Program-made: the position numbers and the translations under genes | Shown: positions 33,996-42,835 of the stretch, piece by piece | Position numbering within the stretch: position 1 is the stretch's first letter | Layout of the letters: the number at the start of each line of letters is the position of its first letter | Notes under the pieces: generated by a model | What the model was told of the DNA's origin: nothing | Database searches by the model: none | Seen by the model: only the letters and a program-made list of their open reading frames with translations | DNA from: a bacterium | GTDB taxonomy: Bacteria; Patescibacteriota; Gracilibacteria; UM-FILTER-43-11 | DNA: 64,000 bases | Reading direction: 5' to 3' | NCBI GenBank assembly: GCA_030427295.1 | Contig: JAUHWS010000001.1 | Coordinates: forward strand, 14,079 to 78,078

Positions 33996-34110
33996 ACGAA
34001 TGGGATGCGGATAGGTTGCGAATGGGCGACGGATAGTTTTACGAATGGCTTCACGGATGGTTTACGGATTGTTTTTGAATAGGGTGCGAATAGGTTACGA
34101 ATTGATTTCG
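33996..34110 (+). repeat. 11-nt periodic array, about 10 units (acgaatgg gatgcggatag gttgcgaatgg gcgacggatag ...)
   Basis: Starts at the nt immediately after the dprA TAA. It lies between convergent genes. Confidence 0.88.
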
Positions 34111-34189
34111 CTTAGTCCTTAGTCCTACAAAAAAATCCCAACACCGCCTCCAAAAGAAACGATGCTGGGATTTTCAAAATTTAAAAGTG

Positions 34190-35836
34190 CTAAAGTTCTT
34201 CAAATAAATGGGTCAATTCATCGATGCTATTCACGTCAGTGGGAGCGGTGATTTTATTGTCCGCTTCTGCATTCACAAGGTCAAATTGATAGCGAATGGT
34301 CATGTCGACAAAGTCTCCTTCAGTAAATCTAAATCGCGCTTTCAAGTCATCCAAAAGACCCTCTTCATTCAGATGATAGAGACCACCCAAACGCATCTTC
34401 CCGAATTCTCGACGCAGTTGATCAAATCCTCCAGGGGGGGGTGTTTCCCCTGTGATCAAAGCCACTTGATAGATAAAATCAGCCAATTTGTTGTGATTTA
34501 AGCTGAAAAACTGATAACCTGCATGCTCGCCCCGAGCGACTGTTTTGTGTCTAAAAAAGTCAGTGTCAAAAAATAGGTTCACACCTCGTCGGGCTTGAGC
34601 GACTTTGGCAGCAATGGCCGTTTCATCATAATCAAACGTTTCTCTCAAGGCTTGCTGTTCTTCAAAGTCTGGATAGTGGGGATATACTTCCACAATGTAC
34701 CAGTCTCCATCCACATGAAGCCATTCACCCCCTCTTTTCTCAATAAAATCCAGCACCGATTGCTCCTCTTGAATCAACTCTCCCTGATATTTTTCATTGG
34801 GAAAACAATACATGTGTTGAAATCCATTCTCAAAAGATTCAGGTTTTTTCATGAGTTCTTCATCCAAGTTAATATCCTCAATTTCCTCAACATCAAACCC
34901 TTCAATCAACTCCATATCAATCTCGTCACCCTTCATGGGTAGTTCTTGGGGCAGTTCATCTTCCAATTCTTCTTTGAGCTCAGGTTCGGGCACAAGACCA
35001 ATTTCAGCTTCCTCCATCAAAATTTCCTCGTCAAACACAGGGAAATAATGACAAATCAAGACGCCCTTTTCTTCTAGGGCATCCTTATCAATCTTCGTTT
35101 TTTCAACCTCATCATCCTCTAAATAAGTATTGTAATCCACAGAAAACGGGTCAACAAAATCTTCTTCAAAGCGAGGGTAAAGGGCTTCAAAAAATTGTGA
35201 ATCTTTTTCATTTTGTTCAACAATTTCTTCGATCATCTTATGAATCGCTTCCTCAGGGTTCATCTTAAAATCAGCCAAAAAAGCAAGCTGATCTAAATCA
35301 GGTCCAAAGCCTCGCATATCTTCAAGTTGATCCAAGGCATACCACTTACCCACAATAGTACGAATGAGATCAGAGACCTTCATCAATTCCACTTCCATAC
35401 TGGTATCATTTCCTTCAAAATCAAAGTCAAATCGGTCAAGTTTAATGTAGGCTTTGTCCATTTCTAGACCAATCACTTCAGCAGCGCCTTGCAGGCGAAG
35501 ATATTCGAATTCCGGTTCGTAGCCCGGCATGTCTTCAGCGTAAATTTCTGAGTCCATTCGGAGTTCGATGTAGCCTTCCATCGCGGTGCTGACAGCGTAA
35601 CCATCTTTATTGTCTAAATTATTTTTAGCTGTCAATTCAAACACGACATCCACAAAGTCGGTGTCGAATTCACCGTGAAGAATCTCGGCGGTGTCATAAT
35701 TTTCAAGTGATGCCACTCGTCTGACAGCTTCCAAAAAACCGACGCTCTCAGTCTCACTCACATCTTGAGCACGAGCCGGTCCAACCATCACCATCATCAT
35801 GGCAAACGAGCTCAGCAGGGCAAATAATTTCTTCAT
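34190..35836 (-). CDS. Secreted, highly acidic hypothetical protein
   Basis: Signal peptide MKKLFALLSSFAMMMVMVGPARA, very Glu/Asp-rich, no recognisable domain. Confidence 0.6.
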   Translation of the reverse strand: MKKLFALLSSFAMMMVMVGPARAQDVSETESVGFLEAVRRVASLENYDTAEILHGEFDTDFVDVVFELTAKNNLDNKDGYAVSTAMEGYIELRMDSEIYAEDMPGYEPEFEYLRLQGAAEVIGLEMDKAYIKLDRFDFDFEGNDTSMEVELMKVSDLIRTIVGKWYALDQLEDMRGFGPDLDQLAFLADFKMNPEEAIHKMIEEIVEQNEKDSQFFEALYPRFEEDFVDPFSVDYNTYLEDDEVEKTKIDKDALEEKGVLICHYFPVFDEEILMEEAEIGLVPEPELKEELEDELPQELPMKGDEIDMELIEGFDVEEIEDINLDEELMKKPESFENGFQHMYCFPNEKYQGELIQEEQSVLDFIEKRGGEWLHVDGDWYIVEVYPHYPDFEEQQALRETFDYDETAIAAKVAQARRGVNLFFDTDFFRHKTVARGEHAGYQFFSLNHNKLADFIYQVALITGETPPPGGFDQLRREFGKMRLGGLYHLNEEGLLDDLKARFRFTEGDFVDMTIRYQFDLVNAEADNKITAPTDVNSIDELTHLFEEL

Positions 35837-35945
35837 GATCTTAATTTAATGAGATAAAACAGCTCCATTGTACACAATTTGTGTTAAAATAGCATCCACT
35901 AAAATCGTTCACGTGAATGAGGGGATCAAAAACATCGGCCACTTA

Positions 35946-36350
35946 ATGCTGTTCGTCCTACTCTCCATCCATTTGGGATTCATGTTTCTCATCCTTTCAC
36001 CCACCCCCCTACTCTTTCGAATGAACTACGAATCCCTCCCCCTGGTAGAGGCTTCTCTGATTCCCAAAAAGGTCCAACGTTTTTTAGAGGATTCAAGCAC
36101 ACCTCTTTCCATTTCCTCAGATGGGGCGGTCAATTTCTCCGACCAACTCAAGGCCAAATTCCTCGAATTCCGTCGCGAAAAATTTTTGGATGACACCGAA
36201 CGTCTCGCCCTCGATCTCAGTCTGGTCAACTTTGGCTCAGACATTTTGGGTATGGAAGCCGGCGCTCAATATTATTTTCAAAAACCTCTCAGTGATCTCA
36301 CCGAGGACCAATGGATGTCGCTGATTTATTTTCAGGCGATTTTTAATTGA
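35946..36350 (+). pseudogene. Truncated/degenerate GT51 peptidoglycan transglycosylase-like gene
   Basis: TM helix, then ..IPKKVQRFLEDSS.. where EDxxFxxHxG is expected, then LDLSLVNFGSDILGMEAGAQYYFQKPLSDLTEDQWMSL (GT51 motif-3-like). The ORF ends about 80 aa early, directly at an 11-mer array. Confidence 0.45.
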
Positions 36351-36436
36351 GCGGATAGGTTACGAATGGGTTGCGGATAGCTGCGAATGGTTTACGAATA
36401 GTTAACGGATAGGTTGCGGATGGGTAGCGAATGGTT
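36351..36436 (+). repeat. 11-nt periodic array, about 8 units (gcggatag gttacgaatgg gttgcggatag ctgcgaatgg tttacgaatag ttaacggatag gttgcggatgg gtagcgaatgg)
   Basis: Starts at the nt after the TGA at 36348-50. Confidence 0.88.
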
Positions 36437-36465
36437 AAGGAGTTATCCCTTTTAATAACATAGTA

Positions 36466-36849
36466 ATGTCTAAAAAAATCATTCACAATCGAGGTGAATT
36501 TAAAACTAGAAGAAGATTGCTTAGGGCAAATCAAACGCGTGCTGAGCAATTGCTTTGGGATAGAATAAGAAACAGAATGTTTCATGGCTTAAAATTTAGG
36601 CGTCAACATAGTGTGGGTCCATTCATTCTTGATTTTTATTGCGTTTCTTTAAAATTAGCCATTGAGGTTGATGGCCCGACTCACTTGAGTGATGAGGCAA
36701 AAGCATACGATCAGCATCGCGAGGACCATATTAAAAACTATAATATTCATTTTTTGAGATTCACCAATCAAGAAATCTACGAAAATTTAGAAGGTGTTTT
36801 AGAAGTCATTTGGAATTGGGTTCAGGACCTCCCCCAAACCCCCTCCTAA
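36466..36849 (+). CDS. DUF559 (Vsr-like endonuclease fold) domain protein
   Basis: RANQTRAEQLLWDRIRNR..KFRRQHSVGPFILDFYC..LAIEVDG..H..D..R...L...G...LRF.N.E. Two cccctcc..ggagggg-type hairpins follow at 36838-36895. Confidence 0.85.
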   Translation: MSKKIIHNRGEFKTRRRLLRANQTRAEQLLWDRIRNRMFHGLKFRRQHSVGPFILDFYCVSLKLAIEVDGPTHLSDEAKAYDQHREDHIKNYNIHFLRFTNQEIYENLEGVLEVIWNWVQDLPQTPS

Positions 36850-36930
36850 CCTAGGAGGGGGCTGTTATTTTTCCCTCTCCTAACATTTTAGGAGAGGGAC
36901 ACAGGGTGAGGTCCTGGATAAAAGAATGAA

Positions 36931-37149
36931 GTATATACTCACCCTCTCCTCAACTATATACCTATCCTCCTCAAAAAGCTGAGAGCTCGCAGCTTGTCGC
37001 TGGGAGTGAAATTCAGTTGATACAATTCTCTATTCATCTTAAATAAGAGATAATTTGAGTTATTCTAAATATTGAATAGTCTACCAGCTAACAGCTAATA
37101 GCTACCAGCTAGAAAAAAGTATATACTAACCCCACCATAAAGTATATAC
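36931..37149 (-). repeat. GTATATAC double-box module M4 (interior type 3)
   Basis: Boxes at 36931-38, 36954-61 (CTATATAC), 37119-26 and 37142-49. The interior, with ACCAGCT/AACAGCT/AATAGCT heptamers, is homologous to 60134-60352. Confidence 0.85.
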
Positions 37150-37256
37150 GCTAGCTACCAAGTTGCCCGCTTAAAAAATACTATTTAAAAACTTGACAAA
37201 TAAAAGAATATAGTTAATAATATCAACCTTTGTGTAAAAAATAGCTCAATATTAAA

Positions 37257-38270
37257 ATGCCAGAAAAACTGCCCACAATCGCCGCACTTGCCATCCCAAA
37301 TTCTGATAGGCAAGGAGACGCGCAGCATGATGCAGATAGAATAAAAGCTTTGGTAGAGCTCAGTTCATACGAGCCCAGGCTCGTCACGACCGATGGCGGA
37401 GAAGAAGCCTTCGAACAGGGAACCGTTGAACGCGAGGCAGCCGAGATCGTTTTGGCGCGCCGGCACGAAATCGCTGATTTAGACACAGTTGACAATGCTG
37501 ATTATTCAGTACTGTATGGAGAAATACCTTCGGATGCTGAGTTGGGAAAATACATTCAAGAATTAATTCCACATGTCCTCAGTAGCATTGCACCAACCCT
37601 TAGAGAGGGGCTAGTTTATGAGTTGGTCACCCAAATCATAGAAGGGGGGAGGCCGAATGCGGTCGATCAATACAAAGATCTAGAAAATCTGCCCAAAAAC
37701 TTAACCGAAGAAAGCCTTAAAAAAGCCGTTAGTGAAAGAATAGGGGCAGAATTAAATCGAATGCACCCCATCCTAAATAAAGCACTCGGGGCCCTAATAG
37801 GAGCAATAATCATTAGTGCATTTTTGGTCGCAATTGGAGGTGTTTTGACAGAGAATTTCCTAACCATTGTCATCGCGCTTTCAGGTACCGTTGCCGGTAT
37901 GGCAGGTGCAATGACTGGGCTTGAACGATTTAGAAAAAATTATGAATCCCTGGCCGCAGCTGATCCAAGTCGATATCGAATTGGAATTCCTGGACTACCT
38001 CCAACACTAGAAAACAGCGATATCACGTCAGTTGCCAATCAGCTCATCGAACTAAGTAGTCTGATTGGTCAGTTCCGAGCCCGTTTTGATAACGCCACCC
38101 TGAGGGGTCTAACGGCAAATGGAATGTTGGACGAGCAAAAACACATAGACATTGCCTTTGAAATTGAGACAATCAGAGTCCTTTCAAGAAGAATTCAAGA
38201 GCGTCTAGAGCCGCTTGTCAGCTTACAGCTGGATAGGCAACCTGCAACAAAAGCTCTAAAAAGTAAATAA
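37257..38270 (+). CDS. Hypothetical membrane protein (2 central TM helices)
   Basis: 337-aa ORF with hydrophobic segments ALIGAIIISAFLVAIGGVL and FLTIVIALSGTVAGMAGAM. No family recognised. Confidence 0.55.
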   Translation: MPEKLPTIAALAIPNSDRQGDAQHDADRIKALVELSSYEPRLVTTDGGEEAFEQGTVEREAAEIVLARRHEIADLDTVDNADYSVLYGEIPSDAELGKYIQELIPHVLSSIAPTLREGLVYELVTQIIEGGRPNAVDQYKDLENLPKNLTEESLKKAVSERIGAELNRMHPILNKALGALIGAIIISAFLVAIGGVLTENFLTIVIALSGTVAGMAGAMTGLERFRKNYESLAAADPSRYRIGIPGLPPTLENSDITSVANQLIELSSLIGQFRARFDNATLRGLTANGMLDEQKHIDIAFEIETIRVLSRRIQERLEPLVSLQLDRQPATKALKSK

Positions 38271-38479
38271 TAATAATATACTAATTTAGTCAAGCCATTT
38301 TAGTCAAAGCCATTGACTATGTTAGACAGCTTGACTACAATAAATCAGCTATAATCGCGCTACCGATTGTGTTGTGGTTGCTTGCGCATTGGCCATCTGA
38401 GCTTTGTACAAGCCCTATTTTGGTGTCCAAGCGTGCTCGGATGTGAACTGAATTATTCATCCTTCAAAACCTCAACAAC

Positions 38480-41400
38480 ATGGCTAAAACCAAGCAAGCT
38501 GCTTTGACTCTTGAGCCCACGAAAGTTATCAATGGGCGACATTACTTCACCGAGACCGAAGACAGCTACCGTTTACCCCCACTGATTGAGATCCAACTCA
38601 ATTCCTATCAGTGGTTTTTGACCGATGGACTCAAAGAGCTCCTCCAAGAAGTCTCTCCCATCACCGACTTTTCGGGCAAGAAGATGGAACTCCACTTCCT
38701 CAGTCATAGCTTGGACAAGCCAAAACACGATCCTCTCACCGTCAAACGCAAAAATCTCACCTACGAAGGATCGCTTAAGGCCCACGTTCAGCTCATCAAC
38801 AAAGAAACCGGCGAAATTAAAGAGCAAGACATCTTCTTGGGTTCCATCCCTTTAATGACCGACAAAGGAACCTTCATCATCAACGGAATCGAACGGGTGG
38901 TCGTCAATCAAATTGTTCGAAGTCCGGGCGTGTTCTATTCCAAAAATCCTGCCGCCCCGCAGTACTTCAACGCCAAAATCATTCCAAAACGAGGGGCCTG
39001 GCTCGAAATTGAAACCGATAAAAAAGGCGTCATCTACGTCAAAATTGATCGAAAACGCAAAATCCCAGTCACGCAACTCCTCCGCATCTTCGGGATGGAG
39101 AAAGATGCTGACATGCTAGACATGTTTAAAGACGTGAATGTCGATTTAAACAACGATTACATTCAAAACACGCTCGAAAAAGACAGTGCGCGCACCTTGG
39201 ATGATGCCTATCAATCCATCTATAAAAAAATCCGCCCCGGTGATCTGGCCACACCCGAAAACGCCAAGCAGCTTATCGAAGGGCTTTTCTTCGACTTTAA
39301 GCGCTACGACATGGGGCTGATTGCGCGTTACAAACTCAATAAACGATTCGGCACCTCCATCGGTACCGAAATGAAAGATCGCATTTTCCAAACTGAAGAT
39401 TTTGTCAATATTCTCAAGCAACTCATCGAGCTCAACAACGGCGAAGGAGGTCCAGACGACATTGATCATCTGTCCAACCGTCGGGTTCGCAGTGTCGGAG
39501 AACTAGTTCAAAACAAGTTCCGCATGGGGCTACTCCGTACCGACCGCATTGCCAAAGATCGCATGACCATCATGGATCTAGAAGCAGCTACGCCGACCCA
39601 GCTCATCAACTGCCGACCGATCACGGCGGCGCTACGCGAATTCTTCGCCAGCTCTCAGTTGTCTCAGTTCATGGACCAAACTAACCCATTGTCTGAACTG
39701 GCGCACAAACGCCGTATTTCAGCCATGGGTCCTGGAGGGTTATCACGTGAACGCGCCTCCTTTGACGTGCGTGATGTGCACGCTTCTCACTACGGACGTA
39801 TTTGTCCCATCGCCACGCCCGAAGGACCGAACATCGGACTTGTGGTACATCTGGCCGCTTATGCTAGAGTCAACGAATATGGATTCATCGAAACACCCTA
39901 TCGAACCGTTGAGCACTTTAAAGAACCGGTCGCTTCAGAGCTCACGGGTTTGATGATTGATGAAGAAGTGAAAGATGGTCGAAAAATAATCGCCAAACCC
40001 GGTGATCGCTTGACCAAGACACAAGCCAGTGCGGTTGCAAAGATTAAAAAAGCCATCAAAAACCCACCGGTTGAAAAACTAGACAAACCCATTCCTGTTC
40101 AACTCATTGGGAAACTTGCTGCTGAAGACCTAAAAGTGGGTCGAAAAATCATTCTCAAGAAAGGGGAAGAAATCACTCCAGAAAAAGCACGGGCAGCCGT
40201 CAATGGAGGAAAATTAAAATCCATTAAAGTCCAAGAAAAGGCTCAAAATCTCGTCCGCATTCGAGCCCGCCTTATCGACGAAGTCAAATATTACGATGCC
40301 GACGCTGAGCGACATTTCGTCGTGGCTGAAACCAATGCAGAAATTGATGAAAACGGACAATTTGTAAGCACTCGTGTGGCTGCTCGTAAGCAGGGTGAGC
40401 CCAACATCGTGCACATCCGTGACCTGACCCACATCGACATCGCACCGAAACAAATTGTATCGGTCACCACTTCGCTCATTCCCTTCCTCGAACACGATGA
40501 CAACACTCGTGCGTCCATGGGATCAAACATGCAACGTCAAGCCGTCAGCCTCCTTTCCCCCGAAGCACCCATCGTCGGAACCGGGATGGAAGGACTCACC
40601 GCTTCCAGTTCAGGGCAAGCGGTGGTGGCACGTGGAAGTGGAACCGTTGAGATGGTGGATGCGGACCACGTGGTCGTCAAATACGCTGACGGAAAAAAAG
40701 AAGAATATCCCATTCTCTCTTTCCAACGCTCCAACCAAGCCACGGCCATCAACATGCGTCCCGCTGTGACCAAAGGTCAAAAAGTCAAAAAAGGAGACAC
40801 ACTCATCGATGGCGCCGCCGTACAAAAAGGCGAACTCGCGCTCGGTCGAAACTTGATGGTAGCCTATATGTCTTGGGGGGGATACAACTACGAAGACGCG
40901 ATCATCATTTCCGATCGTGTGGCCCGCGAAGGATTCTACGATTCAGTGCACATCGAATCCTTCACCGTCGATGTCCGCGACACCAAACTCGGTCCCGAAA
41001 TTGTCACGCGCGACATTCCAAATGTCGGAGAGGCTCGCTTAAAAGATCTTGATGTCGATGGAATTGTTCGCATCGGAGCGACGGTTCACGAAGGAGACAT
41101 CCTCGTAGGTAAAATCACACCAAAAGGAGAAACGGAACTCACGGCTGAAGAACGGCTTTTACAAGCCATTTTCGGTGATAAAGCCAAGGATGTTAAAGAC
41201 ACTTCACTCCGGCTTCCCGGAGGAGAAGGGGGGAAAGTGGTCGACGTTCAAATTTTCAGTAGACAAGAAGGCGATGAGCTCCCCACCGGAGTCATCCGAC
41301 AAATCAAAGTCTTTGTGTCCCAAACCCGTAAAGTTCAAGTGGGGGATAAAATGGCCGGTCGGCACGGGAACAAAGGGGTGATCTCTCGCATTGTTCCTTC

Positions 41401-42310
41401 TGAAGACATGCCGTTCATGGCGGATGGAACACCTGTAGACATCATCCTCAACCCACTCGGGGTATCCAGCCGTATGAACATTGGGCAGATTCTCGAAACC
41501 CATCTCGGTTGGGCAGCAGGTAAACTTGGTATTAAAGTGGCTACCCCAGCGCTCAATGGGATCAGTCTCGATCAAATTGGTCAACTCATGAAAGACGCTG
41601 GACTCCCAGAAGATGGAAAAATTCAACTCTTCGACGGTCGAACCGGAGAACCCTTCCAATACCCAACCGTGGTCGGAAAGGTTTACATGCTCAAGCTCCT
41701 TCACTTGGTTGAGGATAAGTTGCATGCCCGTTCAGTGGGGCCATACTCTCTGGTCACTCAGCAGCCTCTCGGGGGGAAAGCGCAGCATGGAGGACAGCGT
41801 TTCGGAGAAATGGAAGTATGGGCCTTGGAAGCTTATGGGGCCGCCTACACGCTTCAAGAAATGCTGACCATCAAATCCGATGATGTGGTGGGACGTGCCA
41901 AAGCCTACGAATCGATCGTTAAAGGAGAATCTATCAAAACCCCAAGTGTCCCTGAATCATTCAACGTCTTGGTCAAAGAGCTGAAGAGCTTGTGTTTGGA
42001 TGTTGAACTCCTCAAAACCGCTGGAGGCCATATAGAAGAAGTGGAGGTAGAGGATGTCATTGATGCTGGAGATGAAGATGAATTGATTCCATCTGCCGAT
42101 CAAATCGACGAACTCAATGAAGGAAAAGAGTCCGAAGAAGACGTTGAGAAAGAAGTGGAAGGCGAAAATCTTGGCGCCCATGATGCCATTGAAGAAATGG
42201 AAGAGGCAGCCACTGAAGATGAAGGCTCCGATGGACAGCTCTCTCAAAAAGAAATCAGCGATTTAGAAGAAGCAGCCATCGACGAAGAAGATAAGAAGAA
42301 TAAAAAATAA
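38480..42310 (+). CDS. rpoB: DNA-directed RNA polymerase subunit beta, with a lineage-specific insertion and a 90-aa acidic C-terminal tail
   Basis: Conserved blocks throughout (GTFIINGIERVVVNQ, SQLSQFMDQTNPLSELAHKRRISA, NMQRQAVSL, GRHGNKGVISR, GGQRFGEMEVWALEAYGAAYTLQE). Confidence 0.97.
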   Translation: MAKTKQAALTLEPTKVINGRHYFTETEDSYRLPPLIEIQLNSYQWFLTDGLKELLQEVSPITDFSGKKMELHFLSHSLDKPKHDPLTVKRKNLTYEGSLKAHVQLINKETGEIKEQDIFLGSIPLMTDKGTFIINGIERVVVNQIVRSPGVFYSKNPAAPQYFNAKIIPKRGAWLEIETDKKGVIYVKIDRKRKIPVTQLLRIFGMEKDADMLDMFKDVNVDLNNDYIQNTLEKDSARTLDDAYQSIYKKIRPGDLATPENAKQLIEGLFFDFKRYDMGLIARYKLNKRFGTSIGTEMKDRIFQTEDFVNILKQLIELNNGEGGPDDIDHLSNRRVRSVGELVQNKFRMGLLRTDRIAKDRMTIMDLEAATPTQLINCRPITAALREFFASSQLSQFMDQTNPLSELAHKRRISAMGPGGLSRERASFDVRDVHASHYGRICPIATPEGPNIGLVVHLAAYARVNEYGFIETPYRTVEHFKEPVASELTGLMIDEEVKDGRKIIAKPGDRLTKTQASAVAKIKKAIKNPPVEKLDKPIPVQLIGKLAAEDLKVGRKIILKKGEEITPEKARAAVNGGKLKSIKVQEKAQNLVRIRARLIDEVKYYDADAERHFVVAETNAEIDENGQFVSTRVAARKQGEPNIVHIRDLTHIDIAPKQIVSVTTSLIPFLEHDDNTRASMGSNMQRQAVSLLSPEAPIVGTGMEGLTASSSGQAVVARGSGTVEMVDADHVVVKYADGKKEEYPILSFQRSNQATAINMRPAVTKGQKVKKGDTLIDGAAVQKGELALGRNLMVAYMSWGGYNYEDAIIISDRVAREGFYDSVHIESFTVDVRDTKLGPEIVTRDIPNVGEARLKDLDVDGIVRIGATVHEGDILVGKITPKGETELTAEERLLQAIFGDKAKDVKDTSLRLPGGEGGKVVDVQIFSRQEGDELPTGVIRQIKVFVSQTRKVQVGDKMAGRHGNKGVISRIVPSEDMPFMADGTPVDIILNPLGVSSRMNIGQILETHLGWAAGKLGIKVATPALNGISLDQIGQLMKDAGLPEDGKIQLFDGRTGEPFQYPTVVGKVYMLKLLHLVEDKLHARSVGPYSLVTQQPLGGKAQHGGQRFGEMEVWALEAYGAAYTLQEMLTIKSDDVVGRAKAYESIVKGESIKTPSVPESFNVLVKELKSLCLDVELLKTAGGHIEEVEVEDVIDAGDEDELIPSADQIDELNEGKESEEDVEKEVEGENLGAHDAIEEMEEAATEDEGSDGQLSQKEISDLEEAAIDEEDKKNKK

Positions 42311-42364
42311 GCAATCTAAGGTAAAAGCTAATTAAGAAAATAGTAATACGTAACCATTACGATC

Positions 42365-42790
42365 ATGAGAAGTGTTAATAAGGTCATCCTTGTTGGAAAC
42401 CTCACACGAGATCCTGAGCTCAAGCAAACGACAGGAGGACAATCCATTGTCACCTTTGGCATGGCCACCAATCGAGAATGGGTCACGGGAGACAATGAAA
42501 AAAAATCACTTGCCGAATACCACAATATTGCTGCTTGGGGACCCCTCGCTGAAATTTGTGGAAAATACCTCAAAAAAGGAAAATTAGTCTACATCGAAGG
42601 CTACTTAAAAACACGCTCATGGGACAGTCCGGAAGGGGTAAAAATCTTCAAGACTGAGATTGTCGCCACTGACATGATCATGCTCGACAAGCGCCCTCAA
42701 GATGAGGGCTTGCCAAATAACGACCATTTTGAAGATCATATGAGCAGCCCTGAAGAGCCGGATGACAATGTATTTGATCCCGCTGCCTAA
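42365..42790 (+). CDS. ssb: Single-stranded DNA-binding protein
   Basis: OB-fold pattern VNKVILVGNLTRDPELK..TFGMATNREW..EYHNIAAWGPLAEICGKYLKKGKLVYIEGYLKTRSWD. The acidic tail ends DDNVFDPAA. Confidence 0.9.
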   Translation: MRSVNKVILVGNLTRDPELKQTTGGQSIVTFGMATNREWVTGDNEKKSLAEYHNIAAWGPLAEICGKYLKKGKLVYIEGYLKTRSWDSPEGVKIFKTEIVATDMIMLDKRPQDEGLPNNDHFEDHMSSPEEPDDNVFDPAA

Positions 42791-42835
42791 AGCCAGTGTT
42801 TTAGAACTTTTTTAATCGTCCATAATCATTCAACA

